Source: Pseudovirgaria hyperparasitica (taxonomy: Eukaryota). From it: 64,000 nucleotides of DNA. The stretch's first letter is position 1, and every line of letters begins with the position of its first letter. The translations under genes were made by a program, and so were the position numbers. The notes beneath the pieces were generated by a model. The model ran no database searches. It was not told the origin of the DNA and was given only the letters and a program-made list of their open reading frames with translations. The DNA is taken from NCBI GenBank assembly GCA_010093815.1, contig ML996566.1; one strand, 5' to 3'. Positions 1 to 11,385 of the stretch are shown in pieces.

Positions 1-2141
1 CGCTTGAGAGAGGAACGAATTAAACACTGCTCGATCATTAGCGTCTCAAAGTCTTGTTATCTGCAACTGGTTAAGCACTCACGGGGCATGATCTCTCGGC
101 TTGTTTCTTCACTTCGGCTCAACGGCGCTTTGCCCTTGGGTGGTGATCCAGCTTGGCTTTGTGAGTATCCAGACTTGTCCACGTCGACACCGACTCCAAA
201 TTCAATAGGCCGCATCCCTTTGTAATTAGGAATAGTGACATCAGCCTGTACTTCGAGAAGTTGACGAATTATACTGCGATTACCAATCCTTGCAGCCAGA
301 TTCAAAGCAGTATTTCCGCTCTTGTCTCGGGCATTTACCATTTCACCCATGAAACGCATGAGGCCTATTGGCTTATTACTAGAGCCAACGTCGAAGGAAG
401 CTTGTTGCCCATTTGCTGAATTGCTGCGTACTAGAAATTCCAATAGGGCTTCCAAGTAGTATTTACTCGAAGAGGCCCTTCCTTTAATTGCACACGTAAC
501 TGCTATGTGATGCAGAATGGTGCGGCCCTGGTGGTCCCTGAACTCGATTAGAGGAGATAAGATCTCCAGCGTTTCAGGAAAGCAACTATGATCCAAGCTG
601 TTATTGACCGACACAGCGCTCATTAATGGAGTCTGTCCCGCAGCATTGCCACGGAACATATTGGCACCTTTCGAAACAAGCAGACGCATCAGTGAGACTC
701 GAGCCAGAGTAGCAGCCCAGTGCATTGCGGTGTTCGCGGCATTATCGATTGGCAAATCGAGTTCAGCACCGGACAGGTGACGAAGCGCTGGATGGTCGGC
801 AAAGTCGGTCCTAGATGTGTCTGCAAAGAGATCTGTTAAGTATGCCTGCTTCTCGTCTGTCATCTTATTTTTGGGAGGAGGTAGTGGTGGCAAAGCAGTG
901 GGTGCTTCGCCCTCCACAGGCGGTACTTGTGGCAAAGACATCTGCCCTGTGAACGATTCATTCGGTTCTGTTGGCGAACCATCCCGCATTGCAACATCAC
1001 GTCCACCGTTAGACTGGGCGAATGAATCGCCATGGTCCGATCGCATTCGTTTTCGTGGTGGCTCCTGTGTTTCCATTCCGTCTGCTCCGTAAAGTGCGCT
1101 GGATGTGCCATAAGTAGAATCACCTTGGCCTGTGGCACCGAAGCTTTTTTCGGAGTGTATACTCTGCATACTCTGTTGACTACTGCGAAACGATTCCTGA
1201 CTGGCCATCGGAGGCTGCGACGGTCGTCCCCCTATTGTGCCTGGCCGACGCTGTGAGCTGCCTGGCCGAGGCGTAGGTGAGTTCATTCGTGCGACCTTGT
1301 TCATTGCAGCTAGAGCATTCGATGCCGTGGACGATATGTTTGAGAAGAATGTCCCATCAGAATTTTGGGCTGGCGCGCGTGCTTCCATCGAGGTAGTGTA
1401 GAAACGTTTACGATTCGCCGCCATGGCCTGTTCTTTGGTAGGCGTGTCCATACCTTGGCCGGGAGCGCCGCTCCCGTCTGCACTCACATCATACTCCAGT
1501 AATGGGCGTAATAGCTCTTCGACACCATACTGACGGCAGAATTCTCTCCCCCGCTTGTAATCAATCCACGTCCCTTGGTATTTTCCATAACCGCCCTGGA
1601 CCTTTTCATGGTTTCCGGTCAATATCTCTTTCTCCAAAACTTTGGTTCGCTTTCCCTTGTCTACACCAGCGACTTTGAGGATTTGCGTTGCATTCAGCCA
1701 AGAGTCCGATCGCCTCCTCATAACAGCAATACCGTTGACTTCGAGCTCGTATACTGATACGCCCGAGTAAACAGCCTATTTGCGTCGAAAGTTAGCAAAG
1801 GCTCTAGAATGCGACATCTGCATCGTGTTATGGCGTACTGTGTATATTTGAGCGGGACCACCGTGCTGCGCAGGATTGAAGCCATTCGCTTCCGAGAAGG
1901 AGCGAAATGATCCTGATGGCGCCATCATACCATTGCTCGTGTTCGGATTATTGAACATCAGGTGCTGGGGTGTCTGCTGGCCATTGGAAGTAAAGGACGA
2001 TGCACAGGCGTCGAATGAACCCGACGGGGTAGTCGTGATCTGCATGTTTGCTTCCATGGATGATAGCAAGGTAGGAGATTGCCCAATGGGTATGAACGAC
2101 GACAACGATCCAGGTGAATAATGCTCGAGGGCCGAGCTCAT
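1..2141 (-). CDS. SWI6: APSES (KilA-N) + ankyrin-repeat G1/S transcription factor, Swi6/Cdc10-type subunit of MBF/SBF; 3' end runs off the window
   Basis: APSES domain (AVYSGVSVYELEVNGIAVMRRRSDSWLNATQILKVAG...HEKVQGGYGKYQGTW) and ankyrin repeats (NTAMHWAATLA, GNTALNLAARIG). Introns 1776-1838 (GTACGC..GCTAAC..TAG) and 27-82 (GTGAGT..GCTAAT..CAG). The start codon is uncertain: in-frame ATGs at 2228, 2141 and 2057. The Swi6/Cdc10 rather than Mbp1 call rests on recalled subfamily motifs (DTPTKEQAMAA). Confidence 0.85.
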
Positions 2142-2608
2142 CAATGCCGCGGCACAGTACGCAGTAAGCAGAGCGCAGGTGAATAACGACGGGTATGAGG
2201 GGCGAGGGAGAGGATGAGGAGGATTCATAAAGCGTCACTGCGACTAGAGCAGATGATTGTACTGCGCAAGTCCATTAGGACCGTGCGATGAGGATATTGA
2301 GACGTTCAGGGTAGGCTAGAAGTCTGAGATACGAACGGGGTGGTGGGCGCGTGCGGAGCCAGATGGATAGCATTCATGGTTCGCGTTCGCCGTCAGTCGC
2401 GTTTTCGCACTAATTCAGGTACTTACCGTAAGTAGATTCGCTCATTCTTACTCAGACTAATTAGTTACTGATATCGCTGGTCTACTCCTCTGCTCCGACA
2501 ATTAAGGTGAAAATTATATCGGAGTTTGCCATCCATTGATGATACTATGCTCATACTATCCAGTCTTTTTTACATTTCTCGAAACGAAACTGAGCATAAT
2601 CTCACTCT

Positions 2609-3781
2609 ATGAGTGCAAACCTACCCCCCCGAGCGAAAACGACCCTCCAGTTATATCGAGCTCTTCTTCGGGAAGCAACTTATCTTCCTGACCCAGCTGC
2701 AAGAACATACGTGCACGATCAAGTAGTCAAGCGCTTCCGAAAGAGGCAGTGTATTGAAGATGTTGAAAAGATATCCCACGGATTACAGCAATCGCGGTCC
2801 TGGCTAAGCAAGCTGCAACGCGCGAACCATGGAGACAGTAAAGCACTGGGGCGCGTGCTCATGGACACATATGGAAGGTCTGGAGCTCGGCGGCGGCAGC
2901 TTATGGAGCGTGTCATTAACACTATGAAGCTCGATGCCACAGTCGACGGAACAGAAGAATGCCTCTACAGTGACCGAAAATTTGCATCTCGTGTGAGCAT
3001 CAAACCGAGCAAAAAGGGCTATTCTTTCGCCGTCTCTAAGCGCTTCCCTCTACTCCATGCGTTGATGGCCAGCCCGATGGCCAGGTCAGATGACACCAAA
3101 CCTGTGTTGTCGAAAGCCAGAATCTTTCGAGTACCTGCAAATAACATTTGGGAAAAACCTATACCTCGAAAACGATTAAAGAACTTAGCAAGATCCTGGG
3201 ATGCTCGAGTATTGAGCGCGATATCGCTTCCGCTGCCTGCAGAAGATTACGAACGACTACGTGACATGGCCTCCGGCAAAGTACCATTTGAGGGAGTCCG
3301 AACGCGTCGTCCAGGGATAGTACCAATTCCCCATGACATGAGACAAAAAGAATTTTCTGCGCTTCTAGAATCACAAGTGTCGCTATTGCGACCTTCCACA
3401 CATGATACAATCACTCACCAACAGGACAAACCATTCAACCCAAGCTCGCCATCTTTCCGGTTTGTTGACCTGGCGAACGAAGATATGATAAGAAAGAGTC
3501 TTTTAGATGACGCGATCGGAGCGCAGCGTCTAAACAAGGATTTCAATTGGCTGCGAAATAAACGTAGCACCACCATCACGCCGCGTATGATGCGACGACT
3601 ATGGAAAAAGGTTCTTGCAGTCTCTTGTGCTGCGAAATGGGATGCCGTGGCATCTAGATGGACTATTGAAGGTCATTATGAGCCTAAAGTCTTCACAAGA
3701 CCCGCGGAGCTACAACTAATTCCGTCGATCTCGGATGACATACAGGAGAACAGGAGTCCACAGCAAAACCATAGTTCTTAG
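2609..3781 (+). CDS. LYR-motif (Complex I LYR family) protein, probably mitochondrial
   Basis: Intronless 390-aa ORF with N-terminal LQLYRALLREATYLPD...VVKRF, the LYR-family signature. Confidence 0.75.
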   Translation: MSANLPPRAKTTLQLYRALLREATYLPDPAARTYVHDQVVKRFRKRQCIEDVEKISHGLQQSRSWLSKLQRANHGDSKALGRVLMDTYGRSGARRRQLMERVINTMKLDATVDGTEECLYSDRKFASRVSIKPSKKGYSFAVSKRFPLLHALMASPMARSDDTKPVLSKARIFRVPANNIWEKPIPRKRLKNLARSWDARVLSAISLPLPAEDYERLRDMASGKVPFEGVRTRRPGIVPIPHDMRQKEFSALLESQVSLLRPSTHDTITHQQDKPFNPSSPSFRFVDLANEDMIRKSLLDDAIGAQRLNKDFNWLRNKRSTTITPRMMRRLWKKVLAVSCAAKWDAVASRWTIEGHYEPKVFTRPAELQLIPSISDDIQENRSPQQNHSS

Positions 3782-4230
3782 AGCTTAAACTAGAGCCTTA
3801 ATAAGTTCTGGTACCCAGCAGAAACTGAACTCTCTAATCACCATGAGTAGACCTCAAGATACTAAGCCTACTATGGGCTTAGAAGTCATCAAAGTAAGCA
3901 CCAAGGTAGTTCGATCAATCTTGTGATTCGCACTTTCCCATGACCTACAAGACATGTCCAGGTCTTGAACAAAGTCGCCTACACGACTGCGACCACCAAT
4001 CTCAAGGTTATAGATACATTTGTTGAATTCCAGAATCATTCACCAAGTCACGTCTATCTGAATTGAGGATAGAATGCAGCAATTACAATCTCACATCTCG
4101 TGTTGTCACGTGGTCTGATTACTAGCCATAGTCCACACATGTCATAAGGCGCGGACAAGCGCATTTCGTGCTTCCTCGCCATTCTACTCGCTCCTCTCAG
4201 AACCATCTCTTTAGCGGCAATACTCAAGAT

Positions 4231-4818
4231 ATGTCTTCTGAAGCTCAATTAAGGCATGCCACAAAAGAAGGCAAGTTCAACGACATTGGCTCAGTTCCCG
4301 ATACAGTTGACCTAACGTCCACAATAGATGTGCCCGTGATCCTCAGTCTCATCAATGAGCTAGCAGCATATGAAAATGCTTTGAACGAGGTCAAAGCCAC
4401 GGAAGATAGTCTACTGGAAACTTTGGTGTTTGCACCTTTCAGTCAACAGTCAGAGAAACAATCTTCCCCCACTCCACGGGCAGCAAGGGCTCTTCTAGTT
4501 GTTTCACCAGAGGGCGACGTCGCAGGAATGGCACTGTACTTCTACAATTATAGTACTTGGCACGCTAAACCTGGAATCTATCTCGAGGACTTGTACGTCA
4601 GCCCAAAGTACAGGCGACACGGCTACGGGACTATCCTTCTTAAAGCGTTAGCAAAGGAAGTTGTTGGTATGGGTGGGAAGCGACTCGAGTGGTGGTGTCT
4701 CAAGTGGAACGAGCCATCCTTAAAGTTTTACGAAGGCCTTGGTGCTACACAGATGACCGACTGGATTTCATTGAGAGTGGACGGTGACAAACTGCTCGAA
4801 CTTGCCAATGAGGCCTAA
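4231..4818 (+). CDS. GNAT N-acetyltransferase, SSAT/Ats1-like (diamine acetyltransferase family)
   Basis: Motifs LINELAAYE, ALYFYNYSTWHAKPGIYLEDLYV, RRHGYGTILL (acetyl-CoA binding) and WNEPSLKFYEGLGA. ATG at 4231. A predicted GC-AG intron at 4271-4327 restores MSSEAQLRHATKEDVPVIL. Confidence 0.9.
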   Translation: MSSEAQLRHATKEGKFNDIGSVPDTVDLTSTIDVPVILSLINELAAYENALNEVKATEDSLLETLVFAPFSQQSEKQSSPTPRAARALLVVSPEGDVAGMALYFYNYSTWHAKPGIYLEDLYVSPKYRRHGYGTILLKALAKEVVGMGGKRLEWWCLKWNEPSLKFYEGLGATQMTDWISLRVDGDKLLELANEA

Positions 4819-4989
4819 TTAGATCGCTGTTTGACTCGATAATGAAGCTGTCTATCACGAAGAAAAAAAGTATCTGTTGGCCCTGCCAGGCTCCACCGCA
4901 CTACTCAATGGGACGGGAGCGCATTACTGTGGAAGGATTCGGAAAATAATGTTATTTGAGCCTCCAGTCTCTATCTCTGGCATCTTTCT

Positions 4990-7050
4990 CCAGGACCTTA
5001 CACACGTGAATCGAACCACACAAGCAGCCAAAACACGTGCCTCGGCGTGGCTTCCAGCTTCCAGCTATCGTCGATACCAACTGCGATGATAATCCCCTTC
5101 AGCCTCACTGTATAACGAGTATAGTTCGCCCAATGACCTTCCATCGCAGCAACAGCAACGATGTACATAACCCGGATGAGACTATTCATTCTAGTATCAT
5201 GACGCTATATGATGATAAAAACAGTATTAGTCCAGTGAAGCCTACGATGCATCTGTTCTAGGATGAGAGTATACACTGATGCCTTGGAGACATTTCTCTA
5301 AAGGCTTTGTACAGCACGATATGTAATATACCCGCAATAGCTTCTCTGATTGAAGATCTTTGTGTTTCAGCCTTGTTGGCTCCCATTAAAGTGCTCTTAT
5401 TCATGGTCTCGTAGTTGATCAGTATACACAACAGGGAGTCTCAATCTCGCGCAGATTGGATTTCCCAAAATGACTTGGTCAAGAACACTGTGCTCAAGGC
5501 GAGGGCCAATTAATGCAGACCAGCTAGCATGTGGTAAAAGATGAGGTCGTATTTAAAGGCGGTTAATAGGCTCGTCGGAGTCGAGTCTGCCTACTTGGAA
5601 CCGCTTGTGTCTTGCAATTTGAAGCACTCCGATGACGGTCTCCATTCCTTCATTTTGCACTGGGGGAATGCAATCTAGGAAAACGCTTCCCATAGGAAGG
5701 GCGTTGTTGCAATCCGGCAACTTGACGCCCCAACAATATGCTACTAGCTGGTTTAAAGGGCTTCATGTGAGATTTGCCACCAGCACGAAGTTTCCCGGAA
5801 ACTTCTGAATCCTGTCAGCCATACCGTTTCTAATAGGCCAAGGATTCCCAAGCGAGCGTTGGCACTGACTAAAGTCACGATACAGGCAAAATACAGCATC
5901 TCTAGATCGTGGAATGTTTGCTACTCAGAGGCTTGTTGATCGCTCGAATGGCGCGCCCTTTTGCTACAGAGCACAATTCATGCAGTCTAACTCATTCGCA
6001 TAGTAGGAGTTATGCAGGGCAACGGCCAAACAAGAAGGTCCTGAGAAGGGCTGGATACGAAGGACTACTTCGATTCGATACTTCTCGTGTAATTTGTAAC
6101 AGTTTCTATTGTGTCCAGGAGCACAAAATCAGATTGAACATCCATACAGGCCATCTATCTACAGTGATGCATCAGCTTCCTCATATGGCATGCTTTTATC
6201 ACTAGTAGTAAGCCAAAAGGATCGCGTGCGCCGTCATAGGTCTTGGGATTCCCGGAGAGTCGCCGCATATACGAGCTTTGTAAATTGAGGACTCCAAACT
6301 ATGACTGTTCAGAATAGTTTTACCTGTCGGAATTGAGCTGCTCGAGGGTACCGCGAGAGACACACTCTGACGACGTGAGCTATGGTGTCAGATGTCTACC
6401 ACGAGTGCCCAGAAAGCTTGTTCCAGCTTTTGGCTAGAGAGGTGTCTCAAGCAACCACCATTGGCCCTTCAGCCTCCCCTTCTTATCCATAATCATGCTT
6501 AAACATATCTGGGACCCAAAGATGCTTTCTTAATGGTGAGAGGATTTCTTCATCACAACTCGCCTTGTTGTCTTCCGATCTTGCCCCTTCGATCAGCCCA
6601 TGTGCCCCTGAGCGTACTAGAAACGCATACTGGGTGGTTACTGTAACAATCTCATCCCAGCCTTTCCTGGCATGCCTCTGAGAGAATTGGGTTGAATTGG
6701 TAGTCGAGGGTATGGATAGGATCTTGATACCAGAATAATGTCACCTTCAATCGACAGATACCCTGGACCCGTACTCTGTGGCACAACTTTCGCCCTCTCC
6801 TTTTGATAGAATCTTCCCCTCCTGGTCGTGCGTTGGAAATTTCTACGTCATTAGACACGGCGATGCGCCAATTCAACTCCCGTCAGATACATGACTTTTA
6901 GTCTTAATGAGTTGGATTCGTATTCTGACAACGAGTAAGACCGTAGGTACTCGATAGACCAAACCGCCACATTGTTCACAATAGCAATTACTTACAGACA
7001 AGATAACCAGGGACAGGCGTTACGGTGGCCTACTAGAACTATGTTTATGC
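4990..7050 (-). pseudogene. Possible heavily decayed gene relic, DUF3505/OrsD-like N-terminus of TLH (RecQ-helicase-type) genes
   Basis: Broken reading frames on the minus strand carry weak motifs in colinear order: PVPGYLV..CYCEQCGG (~7020-6965), CHRVRVQ..FWY (~6785-6730), EEILSPLRKHLW (~6550-6515) and NSLIRVMYIVAVAAMEGHWANYTRYTVRLKGII (~5185-5090). One frame runs over 130 codons with a single TAG. Similarity is judged from memory only. Confidence 0.3.
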
Positions 7051-8154
7051 TTCGTATATATTGAATCATTTTAGCAACGCTATAGGGGATGGTGGTTAGT
7101 CATATACCTATATCTTGGGTAATAATTTGAGAGCTTCCAGTTCGAAATAGCTCAGTCTATATAGAAATGCAAGTGGAACTTTTGAGATACATCGTGGGGG
7201 AAAATTCCTCATATATATGAAAGAAACGATATTGGGAAGGAGGAAGAAGAAAGAGAGAAGAAAGACATGCCAACCTAGAAGTTAGCATCCCCAGTCGAAT
7301 TCCTCCTGCTCGGGTCTAAGATCCGTAAAATCCTTATATATATCTCCAATAAAAAATGCCCAAAGGCTTAATCGCACTAGTAATCTACGATGAACAAAGT
7401 ACGCCTTGAAGCTAATTGACACGTCATGACAGGACCACAAGGCTCAACTTTGGCTTGCAGTCTCATTTGAGAGACGCGTTAAAGTAAAGCGACCTATAGA
7501 TGAACAGCAAGCAGACCAAGCAGCAGCAAGCGGCGCATGGTTTGGCACCATCTCCCACCCCTCTGCCTCTCTCGACCCCACTCTCACCATAAATGTATCC
7601 CATATCCCCTACGTATCCAATAGAATGCGCAAGAAAAGGCCGAAAATCCTACTGCTTTCTACGATGAACGCGCTTTTGCCGTCATGCTCCTGTACTAGCC
7701 AATAGAGAGCGATGTCGACAACCGGTTCAGGGTTCTTTGCAAACCATGGTTCAGGCACGGGACAGGGGTTGAGCTATTCCTTTTCTGGAAGTTGAAGAGT
7801 CCTTGGATGTCGAAGTTTGGGTCGGGGGATATTTCACGAAATACAACGGCGAGGAAAAACTATTTTTCTCTTGTCAAGACAAGGTAACCAATTGTGAGTT
7901 GTCCCAAGACTTGACCTACGTCACGCCACATAGCTGTAGATAGTACAAAGTAAGCATTATAAAGATTGTTTCTCGCATTCGTTCTGAGCCATAATCTAGA
8001 GAAATCTATCATACGCAATCCCCAGTAAGCAGACCATAACCCACACTCGGCGTGGTTCAATAGCGTCATGACCCAAAAACCGATTCATGTGCATATTCGA
8101 GATGGGGGTCTACTCCACGCAAATGCACGACTTAGTGACACTTCTAACCATGCT

Positions 8155-10596
8155 CTATTTTTCAGAAGGCTCCTCGACTTCGGTCGGCTGCACCGGCTCA
8201 CTGTCGGCATCCTTCATCTCCTCGTCCTTTGGTGGTGGCTGCTCGGCAGCCTTCTTGGCCTCTTGCTCAGCCCGTTTGGCGGCTGCGGCCTCTTCTTGGG
8301 CTTTCAGTTTGGCCTGTCGCTCTTCTTCAATCTTGTCATTATAGCGCGTGATGATAGTAGCAGCAGACGCCCGAATCTCTTCGGCTTTGCTGATATAGAC
8401 AGCTTTGGACGCGTCCTCTCCGTCTTCATATAGCCAGTCCTGAAAGCAGGTTAGTAAGTCATAGAATGACAAGAGGATAGGAATATTACCTCAGTGGCCT
8501 CTAACTTGGCTTTGACTTTTTGTTTCTCCTCCTCACTTGCAAATTCAGCGTACTGCTCGTCAAGCTTCCCTCTTAACTCATAGATGAAGCTCTCAAGATC
8601 ATTCTTTTGTTGCTCGGTATCGGCGACAAGTTTATCTTCCATGAACATCTGGCTTTCTTTCTCCAATGCAGCGTCTTTCGATGCTTGATCCAGAGACAGG
8701 GTTTGCGCCGTCACAGGTAGCTCACCTTTCCGTACCTGTTTCCTGACCTTCTTTGTCTTGGGCTTTTCGTCAGTCTCCATCTTATCACCCTGATTCAATG
8801 TTAGCTGGGGTAAAGTAACAGGGATGTAAACATCAGAATCAGGAGTATAATCGGATACCTCCGCACGCTTCGTAAACTTCGGATTACGGGGAGAGTCTAC
8901 TGGAGGAGATGTTCTCTGACGCTTCATCGAAGAATCGAAAGTTGAGGACTTGACAGGAATTGAATCGCGCTGGAAAGAACTGGTTGTACGTACTTCGGTC
9001 TTCTCGCCTTCCTTAGGCTCTGGAATGGGCTCCTCAACTTCTTGATCCTCAACGTAATAGCCTTGCTCTACATTGAGAACACCATTGAGGTTCAAACGCG
9101 CTTTAAGTTTACAGATCATGAAGTCGTCTTTAGAATCAGCTTGAACACCTTTGACGGTGAAGTTGCCAATCCAAGGATTTAACTTGCCAGGCAACTGATC
9201 CGGTTTGGCATATTTGGCCTCAAGAGCGAAGGGCTGTTTGCGATAGAATGTGAGGATCTTCGTCGAAGGCATGGTGTTACCCTTGTTGAATACTGTAAGG
9301 CTGGTGTCTTCGTCCGGGATATCGGGAGACTTCTCCCAAGCAAACTCAACGGGGTATGAGACAACATCGTGGATGGAAAAGTCGCGCACACGGAATACGG
9401 GTGATAGGATGGCACAGCTGAAGGCAGAGCCACGCGCAACAGCCTCATCCTGATTGAGGGTGAAGGACAGCGCTTTACCGAAGAAGTTCTGGATGGCTGT
9501 TTTCAGTGCGGGAACACGGGTGCATCCACCGACCATCTCGATGCCGTCAATATCCTCAACTTTAAGCTTTGCGTCCGCCAGGGCCTGCTCGATTGGTCCA
9601 GTAGCGCGTTCAAGAAGTGGTTTGACCAGTTCTTCTAATTCCTCACGCTTTAAGAAGCCTCTGACATCAACGTCATTCATGACCGATTCGATGTTGATCG
9701 GTGCCAACGCATTGGCTGAAAGAATCTTTTTCAGCTTCTCGCAAGCTGCTGCCACTCGCACTTTGGCCTTAGCATTCTCGTTGATATCAATCTTGAACTT
9801 CTCCTTGAACTCTTTGGCAAAATGATCTACAAGTGCCTTGTCGAAGTTCCTGCCGCCAAAGTGGCGGTCCCATGCCGTAGCTTTTACGGTAAGCTCACCC
9901 TTCTTGAACTCTACGATAGCACAGGTGTAGTTGCTATGACCTATGTCGATGAAAGCGACCCTGCGCGGCTTCTCCTCTGGTGGAGGTAAGTCAGTCTTCG
10001 TGATACCATAGCCAAGAGCGGTGGCAGTTGTCTCATTAATGATGCGCAAAAGCTTCAGTCCAGCGATGTCGCAAGCGTCTATCAGAGCCCGTCGCTGGGA
10101 GTCTGTGTACCACGCGGGACAGCTGAGTACGAGGTCGGGATTCGCATTCTTTGTGTCGGCATATGCGGTATTCTTAAGTTTGGTGAGGAACATTGCCACG
10201 AGTTGAGTGGCAGTGAACCTTTGCTTTTGACCCAGGTATGTGACTTCCGCACCGACTTGCCCGTCCATCTCTACCAAAGGCGCACCAACATATTGCTGCT
10301 CAAGCTGGACATCGGGATCGTTGAATGGACGCCCAGCTAATCGGCTAAGTGAGCTAACGGTGTTCTTGAGGTTGGAAATCTCTTGAGTTTTTGCGGGCTC
10401 GCCTAGATATCTGCTCTTTGGGCCGAAGCCTACGAGCGACCTGTCGATGTGTCAGTGAGGGAAAGTGGTATGTAATAGCCTGTACATACGGTGTAGCACG
10501 ATTAGAAACTTCATTTGTGATCACGTCTACACCGCGATTCCTGGCTACGGCTATGACCGTGTTTAACGTCCCCAAATCTATACCAACAACACTCAT
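8155..10596 (-). CDS. hsp88: Hsp110-family chaperone / Hsp70 nucleotide exchange factor (Hsp88/Sse1)
   Basis: [43 protein letters not shown] and [11 protein letters not shown]. Introns 10441-10489, 8790-8993 (in frame, possible alternative donor at 8858) and 8440-8489. Stop TAG at 8155-8157. Confidence 0.97.
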
Positions 10597-11385
10597 TTTC
10601 GAGATGCAATCAGTCGTAAGAAGTAGAAGTGGGAGGATTGCGTTCGGTACGGGTAGAAGATTGAGGCTGTGGTGGGTGTTTTAAGAACTGAAGTGGGTGC
10701 GAGAAGTTGCGATGAGGGATAGGTGTTGACAGAAAAGACTTTGTTCGATAGCTGCGAGGCTGTCCACCGAAATATTCGGAAACCACCAGAAACTACGACT
10801 TGTGCCACACTGTGGCTGGTGCGCAAAGATGCCCCGCGTCGTGCGCCTCTGGCAGATCCGGATGGATGCCCGCTTGTTCAGTGTTTTTGTCTCCCGCTTG
10901 GCAGTCTCAATTTAGAAAAGATTATATGACGGATTTCATTGTGACCTGCTTTTGAGTGCTTGAGCACATCAAGTCATAAATGTCGAGGTGAGCTTCAGCG
11001 CATGGTCCAAGTACTGATATAGTGATAAGGGAACACAATATGCGGGGAGCTGGCCTGAAAGCAATCCGAATACGCTGGACATCGTCTGCTTTTCACGGAA
11101 TTGCCATCTACTCCACCGCGCGGATTATAATCGCATGAAACTCACTGAATCTGTAAAGACGAGCCGTGCGTCCGTGGACAGCTATCCGTACCTTTGGTAC
11201 ACATACACATACCTAGGTACATACCTGGGAAAGAACCTTGCGACCTCAGTTGTCTGCGCCAATCGACAACAGTAAGTTACGTCAGCCACGCCAAGCCGTA
11301 GATCATAACATACAATTACCCAAGAAGCACTGCTAAATAGCCTCCCGTCGCGTTGTTTTGCGCAGGTCAATTCCTTCAGCACCTA

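Noticed and set aside
2419..2464. TACTTAC-C-GTAAGTA palindrome and overlapping splice-like donors (U1-like 5' end or twin intron)
   Set aside because: No further U1 snRNA structure follows and no clean nested intron can be built. At most it is a UTR intron.
7600..7860. Short minus-strand coding-like frame (VPEPWFAKNPEPVVDIALYW...)
   Set aside because: Too short and broken to assign; it could be chance or part of the neighbouring relic.
10769..10795. GAA/TTC cluster upstream of hsp88 as a heat-shock element
   Set aside because: The spacing (GAA-ata-TTC-g-GAA) does not fit nGAAnnTTCnnGAAn, so I cannot support it as a canonical HSE.
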